Positions 14,031-26,415 of a stretch of DNA of 64,000 bases are shown in pieces. The stretch spans positions 86,552,001 to 86,616,000 of the forward strand of contig OZ287750.1 of the NCBI GenBank assembly GCA_965649765.1, given 5' to 3'. Numbering within the stretch: the first letter of the stretch is position 1; the number at the start of each line of letters is the position of its first letter. The translations under genes and the position numbers were made by a program. Source of the DNA: Bispira polyomma. Its lineage: Eukaryota. Under the pieces are notes generated by a model. That model saw only the letters and a list, made by a program, of their open reading frames with translations, was not told the DNA's origin and did no database searches.

Positions 14031-14350
14031 ATTTAATTGTATTCAAATGTATATTCTTGGATTAATTAATTGTATTTAAATATTGTCATTCCTTTATTTT
14101 TAAATTGTTAAATGTACTCATGTGCATAATGTACTCCATGGAAGACTTAAGTGCTTTCATATTAGTGTTAAATGCACTATATTGGTGAATTAATTGTATT
14201 AAAATTAGTGTTAAATGTGTTTTATGTTTAAATTAGCTGTATTCAAATAGGTATTTAATGTACTTTACGGACTGAATTATTTACTAGATTATGTACTCTT
14301 AGATGAACTAATGACAGTATATTCAAATAAATGTTAAATGAATCAATAGA
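14030..14350. repeat. ~43-bp satellite array, diverged
   Basis: Repeated gtgttaaatgtact...gaattaattgtatt units. Confidence 0.7.
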
Positions 14351-15799
14351 TTAGTCGGACTAAATTTCCTCATACAAAAGTGAAACAAATTAAGTAACAA
14401 TCAAGAAGAATCTATCTTCACTAAGTTAATTGAGACTTCGGATTAATGCATTGAATCCTCGTTTCTGAAGGCGTTGAATTACTCTTTAAGCCATAATATT
14501 AATGTGTTATTAAGCCATAATATTAATGTGTTTTTCTGTGTAGAATAGCCCCCAGTATTGTAGATTGTCAGCAAACTCAGTTATCATGCTGTTCTATGTT
14601 ACTCAGGACTATTTAATATTTAAACATTAATACAACCAAGACTATCAATCTTATCCTTTTAAGTTTGTTCAAGTACAGGAAACCCTGCAAAAATAACATC
14701 AGAGCCATGAATTTAAATAGTCGAAAAAATAAGTGATAACCATCCTTGTGAATATTTGTGCCAAATATGGACATCCTATGTAAATCAATCAGGTGTTTAA
14801 TCTCTAAATAAGCAGATTTTCAGCCACATCAAGTTAAAAAAATTCTATGACCACTCTAAAACCAGAAACTAGGTTACAGCCAAGACGACTACCAGTGATG
14901 CAATGGAAATGCAAGACCAAGCTTGCTTTTCATTTCACGAGGTCATGAATTCAGTAAAACAGTTGTTTTGCATCCAGCACAATTTTTTACAAGGGTCTAA
15001 TTTCAAGGTACACTTTTTTCAGTAGTTCTAGCTAGAGACCAACAAGGCATAACATTTTCAGATACAATGAAACGGTTACAGAAACATAGCTATGTTATGG
15101 AAACATTATAAGGAACATTGTTAATAATTCAAGTAATAACAGATGTGGCTTTTTCATTGGGTTTAAAGACAAACTTAACTACTGTTTACAAATTCTTGAC
15201 AAATTCTTGACTTTTGCAGTCAAATTTTCTTGAACTAAGACCTGACAAGAAATGGCGTCCATTTATAGATTAACGTAAGGTAAATCAGTATTCATTTATT
15301 CCACGTGTATAATGAAAACTCTGAAGTTGATTCGGAGTTCTCCCAAGAAGTGCGTAGTTTTTCTCGATCTTAAAAATGCATACTTATACCGATACATACA
15401 AGGTATAAAAATATATTCATTTGTATGGAGGCGAAAGGTCATACTGAAGTATACTTACCGTTTCATGATTCCACATTGTCACTTTATTATGCTGGTGTAT
15501 TGACAAGGATATGAAACTGTCAGTGTAATTTCACTTCCTCTCAATTTGGAATCACTAAAGCTCCTTACAATTTCATAAGGAGAGCAAAGGAGGTACTACT
15601 GGTTTTTTTCTTAGGCCTTAAGGATTCCTCAGTATATAGACAATTGGCTGATTTGGAAGTAAAAACGAAGCAAGATTGTGAGTTGCATATTTGAGAGCTC
15701 CTACATCTTGTTCATAGGCTGGAATGATTGATAAATTTTAAAAAGTCAGTATTAATATAATCTCAAAACTCAGCACTATGGTTGCTACTGCCTTTGGGT

Positions 15800-16420
15800 C
15801 TTGCCCCATTGTGATTAGAAGACTGTGGGCCAAAAACTCAAATGCATTTTTGACCTTGATAACCAATAATTAAGGATGAGCTCTGGGATGTTTAGGTTCT
15901 GTGTGAAAAAACACCTTCATACACCATGTTCCTCATCCCCAACTATGAAGTAAGGCATGGCCTGGTTATCCCAGTTTAGGGGTTCATCGGGATAGGAGAT
16001 GCAATGGCTTCTTTCAGTTGGCCGTGTGCAGCACTGTCATGTTCAGTTGCCAACATCAGAGGATTTGTACTAGTTGTCAGATGTTTCAGCGTGATGGCCA
16101 GTCTGCAGGCAGGTTCAATGGACTGGCGGAATACCATGTTTTACTTCTTGATCATGTGCTCAAACTGATTCACGAGCTCCTGAAACATACCTGGGTTTAC
16201 CCAAACAAATTCCTTGAAAGCTGTAAAATCATCAAGAGCCAACAAAATGCTAATACTGACGATATAAAGACCTTTTCAAAAGCCAGCTTTCAACTCCAAA
16301 ACTTCTCATACACACTCTCTTGTAGTGCTGGTGATACCAGAGGTACATGGCACATTTTTGGCGGGTTCTGTTGGCCTCTATATCAATCAAAATCTTCAGA
16401 AATTCCAGCCTGTCAGTAGC
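15800..16420 (-). mobile_element. PIF/Harbinger transposase relic with internal deletions
   Basis: Minus-strand fragments ESWLLKRSLYRQY, TAFKEFVWVNPGMFQEL, VFRQSIEPACRLAITLKHL and MPYFIVGDE. Homologous to the transposase at 33170-37984. Confidence 0.75.
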
Positions 16421-16654
16421 AAATATCTGGCCATCAGTTAATTGTGTAATTATCAATAGAGGCACAAAAGATAACTTAAACGTCACTGGTTGAAGTCCTT
16501 GTATACTGACCATCCCTAAAATGAATCCCTTCTTATTAACATGCCAGGATCGAGCCTAGAATCCCCCTGTCAGAGATTAATATAAGAGGTTGCACTACGT
16601 TCCCCAACCCACAGGTGTTGCAATGGTTGTAAAGTATAAAGTTTCAACAAAAAA

Positions 16655-16850
16655 TGCAGGTCCCTGATTAAAAGGGCTTTCACTACAGATCAGGTCCCTG
16701 ATCAATAGGGTTTTATGATAGATCAGGTCTATGATCAATAGGGTGTTACTATAGATCAGGTCTATGATCAATAGGGTTTTACTATAGATCACGTCCCTAA
16801 TCAAGCGGAATTTTCACTGTATATTAGGTTCATAATCAATACGGTTTCAT
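16655..16850. repeat. 33-bp minisatellite, about 5 units (atagatcaggtctatgatcaatagggttttact)
   Basis: Visible tandem units. Includes a ttttcactgta end resembling a Tc1/mariner-type MITE terminus. Confidence 0.75.
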
Positions 16851-16860
16851 TATGACTATA

Positions 16861-17120
16861 GGGGGTCGCGGTGGCCTAGTGGTTAGCAAGCATTGCGCTT
16901 TACAATCACTGGTCTCTCACCTCTGGGATTAGCTGACGTGGGTTTGACTCCCGTCGATGCCTATGTGCAAAAGGTGGTAGTTCCTTACTATGGGCCGCTG
17001 GTTTCAGTGCAGAACCTTGATCAACTCTATGCAGTGTTTCTTTCAGCATTTCCAACTACCCGTCCCAATAAAACCTAAACAGGTACTAAGGTGGACGGTA
17101 AATATCTCAATTAAAAAAAA
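16861..17120 (+). mobile_element. tRNA-derived SINE family 2, full length (~260 bp)
   Basis: Head gggggtcgcggtggcctagtgg (A box), B-box-like gggtttgactccc and A-rich tail. A reverse-oriented homolog lies at 61095-61346. Confidence 0.85.
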
Positions 17121-17309
17121 GAAATATTCAATGCGTATGTATGCAGTTATTTAAGACTTAAGTGGATTTTCGAAAATATCAAGTGTAAGTAAAACTTTGT
17201 CAAGTGAAAATCACACTTATAAAACAAGTGAAAATAAATTGTTCTAGAATACAAGCCCTTCCCTATTGGATACATTTACCAGGTAAGCTATAGCTCGTAT
17301 CAGCATTCA

Positions 17310-17680
17310 TACCTCAAAGTATTCCCACACATCTTGTGTTCTAAAAGCTTTATACTGGCTTCCTGTTAAGCTATGATGTTTGTTCAAAACTGCCACATTG
17401 GTCCACAAGTCTCTCGATGCAGGCCTCCCAAAATACCACATCCCATATCTCACTGTTTCCTCTCAGCAAGTCAATACCTTGAGGTAATCGTAACAAATTA
17501 TTTCTCAATATTCCTACCTTTGATCACTGCATACACAGATCAAAAGTCCATTTCAATCATAGTGTCTCATACTCTGCACTCAAGTTATTACCCACCACAA
17601 AGTATTAGATGCTCACCTCTTTCAATCTTTAAAAGCCAGCTCAAGACCTATCTCTTTCAAAAAGCTTACACGCTTTCTAA
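17310..17680 (+). mobile_element. Old degenerate L2-group LINE 3' fragment
   Basis: tatactggcttcctgttaag (YWLPVK) and a C-terminal FKSQLKTYLFQKAY motif. Confidence 0.7.
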
Positions 17681-18464
17681 GATTGTTGTTGACATACAGT
17701 ATAAACCTTAAACAACATCATGATATATTAAACTAGATTTTGGGGGGGTTATAAAAACACACAAAATTGAAGTTAATTATTCATGGTAACTACTCATAGG
17801 ACGCATTCACAAAGATGATCAAGTTGGGCAAAAAATTAGTTCAAGATCAAGATTACACCATTGTTAAAAACAAAACACAGGCTTAAAAAATTCTTTATCG
17901 TCATAGGTGTAAGTGTTTTATCAATATTAAACAGCTGTAATATGAATTAATTTCCATTTAAATTATATTTTTATGCATTAGGTTAACTATTGAAAAAAGA
18001 AAAGAATATTGTGGGTTTGTAATCCCAACATTTAAGCTCTGCCCAGTTTTTTGACAACAATTTAAACCAACATACAACGGTAAATAGTTATTCTTTAATT
18101 GACATATACGTCTGGAAACATTTATCGTCAGTAGCAGGTTGTGTTGGCTTGTGGCTTGTTTCGTGTTATTGTCAATTAACTTTTGTTGCAATTACATCTG
18201 TATTAGTGTGTTTGTTATGGTTTGTTATGTCTTCTTTTCTCATTAGTTAGACTTTCTTCTACTCATTAGTGCAAGTTTGTCTCATTTCTGCGGCACGGCC
18301 ATCACAGTTTCGTTTTGAATATGCTTCTTGGGGAGGAAATTTTTAGGAGGTGAGGGGGTGATTGGCTGATGTGTTCATCAAGTAACACTAGATACGTGGT
18401 GTTACCAGCCGATACGAAAGGTTGAATGAAACCAGGCCTTAAGGCAAAACAAGTAACAAACCCT

Positions 18465-20445
18465 TCTAATCTAATCTAATCTAGTCATACTTTTATAGCG
18501 CTTAATCTTTGTACAACAAATTCAAAGGCCCAACAAACCCAAAACGTTAATCAAAAATCATAAATAGTGGGCGGATGGAAGTCGTAACTAGGGAGACTAC
18601 CGTAAATGGTTGCGACGGCTAAGGTGGAAAAGCCTGTTCAAAAAGATAGGCCTTCAGCTTACTCCTGAAAGAGGAGAAAGTTTGAGCCAGGCGAACATGA
18701 TCAGGTAGGCTGTTCCAAATGAGGGGGCCATCATGAGCTAGGCAGTGATTGAACTGAACTTTGGATTTGTGGATGCGAGGGTCGAAAGTGGGAATGTTAA
18801 GGTATAATTTATCAGGGTTACTGCGCCTTGTCCTGACTGAGCATGTATATTTGGATAGATAGGGGCTAAAATAAGTGGGTAATCTAGAATTTAGAAATTT
18901 ATATATTATTGTTGCTGTTTTGAAAGCAACACGATATTTTATTGGGAGCCAGTGCAGTGACTTGAGTACAGGAGTAATGTGGGAAAATTTAGAAGTTTTG
19001 GTCACAATACATGCCAATGAGTGTTGGATATTCTGAAGGCGTCTGAGATCACTACGAGATAAGGAATGGAACAGAGAGTTGCAGTAATCAAGCCTGCTGC
19101 TGACCAAAGCATTCGCAACAGCGATTGTAGTGGATTTGGAAAGATAGTGTCGAATCCGCCTGAAATCACGGAGGCCAACAAAACATGATCTACACACCGA
19201 TGCAACATGGTTAGAGAAGGAGAATTCAGAGTCAAACACCACACCCAGGTTTCGTACTTTGTCAGCTGGAAAAAACCTGCTGCCAAGAATGTCAAGTAGA
19301 AAATAGCTGGACAATTTTTCCCGTTGCGACTTGGAGCCAAACAAAATAAACTCAGTCTTCTCAGGGTTCAGCTTGAGTTTATTTGCTGCCATCCAGTGTT
19401 GTACATTAACAAGGCAGTTCTGTAAGGAAGTGAAAGCTGCCTGGGCAGAGTCAGGTGTAAGGTGGATGTACAGTTGGGTATCATCAGCATAGAAGTGAAA
19501 GTTTATGTTTTTGTATGCAGCAATAATCTTGCTGAGTGGAGTGGTGTACATGGAAAACAAAATGGGACCCAGGACGGAACCTTGGGGAACACCAAATTTT
19601 AACCATGTTGGGTCGGATAAGATATTGCCAATTTTGACTGATTGGAATCTATCAGACAAATATGCCATGAACCACTTAAGCGCCATACCGCTGATACCGA
19701 ACCAAGACGATAGGCACTCAAGAAGAACTTTGTGATCAATAGTATCAAAGGCTGCTGACAGATCCAGCAGTACTAAGGCAGTAGGCATACCTTTGGATAA
19801 AGATGTATGAACATTATTTTTGATGCAGAAAAGTGCAGTCTCAGTAGAATGACCACTTTTGTACGCTGACTGATACTTATTGGACAGATTGCTGATGTCA
19901 ACATGTTGTTTCATCTGTAAGGCAACCGCGCGTTCTACCAACTTAGAGATATAGCAAAGGCCTGAGACAGGATGGTAATTTTTCAAGTCAGCCTTTGAAA
20001 GAGAAAGTTTTTTATTAAAGGAGTGACAATAGCCTTTTTAAAATCATCTGGAAAGATGCCATTTATCAACGAAAGGTTGATAATTTTTGTGATTGAGGGC
20101 AATAAAATGTCAATACATTCTTTGACAAGGAATGTGGGCCACGGATCTAGCAAGCAAGATTTTACGGGTGATGCCAGTATAATTTTCCTGACTTCATCAA
20201 CAGTTACTGTGGAGAAACAGTTGAAGACGGTTGGTGGAGCTGTTAGTAAAGGGGCATTTGGGGCAGCTAATGTAAAACCGTCACGGATTCTGGTAATTTT
20301 ATCAGTGAAAAAAGTACTAAAAATATTTGCCAGTGATTTGCTATTGGAATTTTCGTGTAGTATAGTCTGTTTTTTACGGTGGAGGGTGCTATTTAGTTTT
20401 TGCCAAAGTTTCTTTGGGTCACCCTCGCTTTGTGATACCTTGTAG
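18465..20445 (-). mobile_element. L2/CR1-group LINE, 5'-truncated (RT and 3' UTR)
   Basis: ORF 18619-19986 has [48 protein letters not shown] and KLKAYLF. (TTAGA)n tail at about 18465-18483. Confidence 0.92.
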
Positions 20446-21454
20446 AATTATGTTTTTTATATTGGTAAAACAAATTAATTAATCCATGAACAGATAAAAA
20501 CTTTAAACTAAAATGTAATATAAGCATTATGTGATGATATTGTGTAAAAAACTTGATTTTTTTTAGTTTGGTTTAAGTTTGAATTTAAAAATTCTATAAG
20601 CTAACAAATCAGTACTGTTGTATTTTTTTTTTTTGTATAGCTTGTTGTGACTTGTTTAATGTTATAGGTTTTTATGACTTAAACTATATAAAATGAATAG
20701 AATGATATTTTATAACTGGATAATAAAAGTCAAAAATCCCATTTGTCTAGTTAGGTGGTAATTATGACACATATCCTGGAAACATCCAATAAGCTGATCA
20801 CCAGACTCAGCCCTCTGATTTGCTCTATCATTCTGACTGTATTATTACTCATTTAGACACACAATCTGCCATTATGACAACAATATTTTCACTGCCAATT
20901 ACCTCCACTAAAAAGAAACAGTCTTCTTGGACTTTGGAGATTATTTCCTAAATATACTAATTTCCTCTGAATATACTAATTTCCTCTATATCCATTTTGT
21001 GATGTCCTTTGTGATATTTTTTCACAAAACTGGCAATGCTTCGGCCTGTTTATCTTTAAAGTTTTATTTTTATTGGTAATTGATGTGATAACACAATAAT
21101 TAATATCTTTACCACGCTTTTGTGTATAATTGTAACACTTTTGCCACAACACACAAGAGTAATAGTTGTGTACATTTTGCAAGATCGTACAGGCACTTTT
21201 TGTTGACATATTAATGCTTAGGGTAGCTATAATGAACTATAATGCTTCATTAGTTCCAAACCACCATCACTGATAAGTGATAAAAAATATATTGTTACAT
21301 CAAACCATAGTTGGTGACTGCATAGAAGACATAAATTAATAGAATGTTTGCATTACTAGCAGTAATTATAATCAAACATAATTATTGTAATCCTTTTGAA
21401 ACTATCCATTTGTAACAAGGAGTATGGGTTTTAGCTGAATTACTCGACAATTCA

Positions 21455-22481
21455 ATGATGAATATCACACCAACAACGATCAGCTTTACCTATTTGAGGA
21501 ACATCTCCGTGGATAACAATTTAACTGATCCAACATTTTCAGAAAGTGAAAAGATCTCAATTAGGTTTACAACAACTGCTTCAGCAATTAACTACTGGGA
21601 GGTACCTCTACCTTGGTACAGTGTACCACTTCTGATGATAATGGTGATGGTACCCGTGTTTGGCAGTAGGAACATCCTAGCCTTGTGGTTTATACTTAGA
21701 GACAAATAACAGCACACACCCATCAATCACATAGTGGCAGCCATGTTGATAGCTAACATAGTTCACGGTAAAGGAACAGTGTTTTTGAAGATGGCTAAGA
21801 TCATCAGTAACAACTCATTTACCACACACTGGTACTACAGTGTTCAACTATTTTTGAAATCTTTAGGCTTTCAGTTTTGCATGGTGGTGTCAGTAATATT
21901 AGCAATGATGCGGGCCTATATTTGTGTTAAAATGACTGTGGTGAAAGTGAAACATATTCATGCCATTTGTATTGTACTTGTGTCAACTTGGATTTCATGC
22001 TTAATCTCTGTTGGCCCTGCATTGAGTTTTAGTACACTTCATAGAATCTGCATACAAAATTTACAGAATATGTAATTAACCGTATTTAATTTTAGAAGAA
22101 TTGGTTTCAAAACACTAATGTTCATTGGTGTTTTTGTAAGTTACTTCATTCTTGCAGTTTTTATCAAATCTAAGAGAAGAAACTTTCGTGGCAATAAGAA
22201 CTTGTTTACCATTAATTTTGGTTTATACTGAGTTTAGTTTTTGCTGCCTCTTATCTATTTCCCTATTTGCTTATGTTTACTTTTCCTGATTCTAGCAACG
22301 GTAATAAAGTAAAGATTATACAAAATTTTCACCTTTTCAAAGCAGTATCATATTGTGATACAATTGCCACTCCATTCATTTTTGCTGCACAAAACAGTGA
22401 CTTTAGAAAGTTTTTACTCTTTCACATTTCACATTGATTTCAATCACTGAATTCAGTGGTACCGACAATTGATGTAGCATA
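21455..22481 (+). pseudogene. Single-exon divergent class-A (rhodopsin-like) GPCR pseudogene
   Basis: ORFs 21455-21709 and 21734-22075 share one frame (LRDK*QHTPINHIVAAMLIANI). Further hydrophobic segments follow another stop and a frameshift, ending AVSYCDTIATPFIFAAQNSDFRK (TM7 and helix 8). The N-terminus has N-x-S/T sites. Confidence 0.75.
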
Positions 22482-23050
22482 ATACTAAAAAGCGTGACAC
22501 CTCTTAGTTTGGGTACAAACAAAAACCATTTAATTTTATGTTAAATGTACACCATAGAAGATGTAATCATTCAGAATAAGAGCATACAATTTATTAGTTC
22601 CTGTTATTGGTGAATCAATTACGTTCAATCAATCTCAGTTGTACTCTATATATGAATTACTTGTATTCAAGTAAGGTTAAATGTATTTTTATTGGTAAAT
22701 GAATTGTATTCAATTCAGTATTAAAGGTACTTTATGGGTAAATTAAATGTATTAAATCAGTATTAAATGATTTCTATGGTTCAAGTAGTTCCATTTTAAT
22801 CAGTGATAAAGATATTATATTTGATGGATCAGTTATATTCAAATCACTGTTAAATGTATTCTATGGATGAATTAATTGTGTTAAAATAGGTGTAAAACGC
22901 TATCTATGGATGAAATAGTTGTATTTAAACCACTATTAAATGTACTCTATAGATGAATTAATTACATTAAATTCAGTGTTAAATGTATTCAATGGATAAA
23001 TAAGTTGGATTTAAATCAATTTTAAATGTACTTTATTGATTCAATATTTG
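22480..23050. repeat. ~43-bp satellite array, about 12 units
   Basis: Tandem aaatcagtgttaaatgtactctatggatgaattaattgt variants. Confidence 0.85.
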
Positions 23051-24048
23051 TATATAAACTACCAGTAATGCCTTTGTTCTTTGGCCTAAATTAGAAAATT
23101 ATATATTTTAAAAAATTAATCTGAAGATAAATTTTACATACTTAAATATTATCTTAGGAGACGACTTACAAAATCAACACAGAATTCAAATAAATGTACT
23201 TATTATTATTAGCAAGAAAAAAATATTTTATTCATCTAAATTCAATATGAAAGCTTTCTTTCTCTTAAATATAGAGGTGGACTATATACAGTTTGCAGTT
23301 CATATAAGGAGGTAATGTAATAAAGTTTCTGTGTATTATTAAAATCCATTGCTATCTTCTGTGTTCTGTGCTTTCAGAATTATTGGAACATTGAATTAAA
23401 GCACTCAACCCTTTGGACTTTGTGCATTACACAAACCCCATTGATTGTTTAAAATGTGCATAAAACACCAGTTTAAGTGTTTTATTCCTGTTCTAAAATG
23501 ATAAACCATAATTTTTATTGAAATGACACCATGATTACCAAACACATCATGTTTTACTACTACGTACGTAGGCGGTTCCCTGTTGTGATTGTTCCAACAT
23601 ATAAACATATATGACAATTAAGTTTACAACACAAAAATCATTTTAAAAAACAACAACAAAAAATGTCAATTAATTGATGAAAGCCCAGAATTTACTGGTG
23701 GTAAAATTTTTTATAAAAATACGAAAGCTTGTTATATTGTGATTGTTGTGCGTTTTGTTGCATTAAAATCTGTTGAGAAATGTCTGAGATATGTAAGTTT
23801 AAATATGGAAGCGTATACAGGGAGATCGGTGAAAGAACGTAAACAACGTACCTTGCATTACCTACGGTGTTATATACATAACTTATGCATTGCGCAAAAA
23901 ACATGATCACGAGCATTGCGCAGCCTACCATTTTAGAATACAATTTATATAATAGGTTAAAATGTAATAAAGGGACAACATTCTAGGTAATAGGTACATC
24001 ATACAAGTACTAAAATATATTCTAAATATAAATTAGCTTCATTTAAAT

Positions 24049-24422
24049 GTAGTGTCTGACCTAGAGGTTAAAATTTAAGACTTGGGATCTAAAAGATTGA
24101 GGGTCCCGTTTCGATCCTCGCTGCTGGCCTAATGTTTGTAACCTCAGACACGGTACTTTACACAAAGTTGTCCATCTCTACCTAGGTGTATGGTGGCAGT
24201 ATTCACTACCAGACTCAGTCAAGTCTTAGGCTTAAGTCAGTATACTTTGGTGTAAGTCTTTGTGCTCCGAAAATGGCAGCACGGCTAGTATGCTTCCTGA
24301 GGGAGCTAAGATTGAACAATTGGTTGACAAGTGCACAAACCCAGGCTGGATGACAAAGTGCATTAGGTAACAGTGATGTTTATAAATAACTGCCCTATAT
24401 CGAATGAATAATTATTATTATT
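24049..24422 (+). mobile_element. SINE family 1 copy carrying a partial palindromic MITE
   Basis: Degenerate A and B boxes, body string gtatgcttcctgagggagctaag, and MITE remnant gcagtattcac...aagtcttaggctta at about 24196-24245. Confidence 0.75.
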
Positions 24423-24911
24423 CAAATCAGTGTTAAATGTACTTTATTGATTCAATATTTGTTTACAAACTACCATTAAGTGTCAATGTAAATAATTCAA
24501 AAAGAACAAATTATAAGCTCTGAGATACATCCAACTATCTTCTAATGATAGGTGTGCGGATAATTTTAAATATATATTTAGTGGTGTCGCTATGGTTTTG
24601 CCAATATTCTAAAAGAGTTGGGGGTATTGTGTAAAGAGATACTTGAAACTGAGTCAGTTATGTCAGAGTAATTTATTACACTGCGTTGTTAATGATGCTC
24701 CCATTGACATGCAATTGTGTAAAAAATGCTATCAAAATGTAGTGAATTCTAACAATGAATATGTAAATTTTTTGGTAAACTTATAACAAGGGGTACTGTT
24801 TATGCAGCAATTGTAGTCATAGCTAATATTTTGGACAACCCCAACGACAAATCTTGCACTATTGTCTCAATGATGATATTGTATTGAACGTAGATATCTA
24901 CATCAATATTG

Positions 24912-25690
24912 AAACAAGATAAGAATGGAGTGGCCCCTGTGGGCCACGTTGTCAGCTGTCACGAAGGGAGGGGCTGTAATTGTGGATAGGTTTGTTGGTC
25001 TGACAGAATGGAATTGTGGTGTGTAAAGGAGTTTTGTTTTGTTAAAAAGGGCGAAGGCAGGATGTTAGTTGTGTTGTGAAGTGGGATATAAAGTGATGTT
25101 GTAGATGGAGATGTGAATGATGTTGGTGCATTATGTGGTAAGTGTTTATTGTTTTCCTAAAGATAAGGTTAACGTGTTATGGTCGGAGAAGGTGCAAGAA
25201 ATGGTTGAGGGGTGTAGTGGGAGGGATGAGAAACATAAATTGATGAGGGTGTCTTAGCAATATGTTGTGGTAGATTGCTGTTATACTTGAAAGGTGACAT
25301 TTATATGTTGTAGCAATGTTTGTTTTTTTTTGTGGTGATTGTATATTGATGTTGAAATCGCCAAGGACAATGTACATGTTAGTATTGTGGGTGGTTTTGT
25401 ATTGTAAATGTTTTAAAGTCAGGTGTGCCACAGTAATATGCAGAGTATATGAGAATAATGACAATTGTAGTGGAAGGTAGTTGTTGTAGTTGTACTATGC
25501 TGTATTCAAATGTTGGGGGGTTGAAATAATGTTGGGACAACGCTATGTATGAATTCAGTATATAAATGATTAATTCATGCGGAGGTCTAGTTGCTTGGCA
25601 ATGATGGGTTTGGTCGTTTCTGATGCATGTGAAGTAGTCAATGTGGTATGATTGTTTATCAGTAGGTTGAAGTATGGATTAACATATGGT
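24912..25690 (-). mobile_element. Helitron/Helentron-like relic: apurinic endonuclease fragment and terminal hairpin
   Basis: Minus-strand peptides FTCIRNDQ...RPPHELIIY and YIVLGDFNINI. Hairpin gtggccc-ctgt-gggccac (24930-24947) next to an aacaag terminus. Absent from the paralogous site near 47005. Confidence 0.55.
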
Positions 25691-25698
25691 AAAGTTTA

Positions 25699-26237
25699 TC
25701 AGCTCAGTGGAGATGTTAGAGATGTTAAGTGGCGCTGTAAAGACTGTTCAAGTGAGTAATTTTTGCACTGCTTCTTTTTGTGGAGTAGGTAAACCTTTGA
25801 GAATTGGTGATGTTTGAAGTTCCTATCCTTGGGTGTCAAAGTAACATTCTTGTTTCCTATTGGTGTACTCTGTAATGGTGACTTTAGGGAACCATCGGTG
25901 AATGTAACATCTTTATTCACCTGTATTGAGTGATCTGTGTCTATTTTACAAACATTGTCCTTGTGTAATGGCCACTAAACCCACATACACTACAAATAAC
26001 ATTCAGATCCAGCAGTTGCTCTTTAAATTTACTGTCAACTGATTCAACTTCATGGACTTGCACTGCACATTCACACAGTGTGCATTGTATTATGTTGCTC
26101 ATTGCATGCTTGAATGTACTGGATAAACAGCATGAACAAAAATAATGTCCACATTTTGTTTTCACGAATTGATAGTTATTAGTCATGGGCTCTTTCCCAC
26201 AGAATAGATGTTTAAATATATCCGTTTGAGAATCCAT
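25699..26237 (-). pseudogene. RING-finger-containing fragment, probably transposon-derived
   Basis: KTKCGHYFCSCC...QCTLC (C3HC4-type core with the first Cys degenerate), followed by LNVICSVC. Continues after a frameshift into 25699-25920. Confidence 0.55.
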
Positions 26238-26415
26238 TGTTTATTACTTAAATGTTGCAACAAAAACACTTAATATCTTTGCTTGTCACACCTGTTGTCA
26301 TGTTTTTACAAAAATTAAAGATTTGAGTGATTTATAGGCGCCCTTCTTGGCTGGGTGTAGCTCTATGTTATATCTCTGTTGTACACATATTAATATAATA
26401 AAATAAATGGATTTA

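Noticed and set aside
22480-23050. CRISPR-like array (also 16655-16850, 26780-27500 and 61347-61775)
   Set aside because: Head-to-tail diverged units with no unique spacers, no cas genes, and a eukaryotic context.
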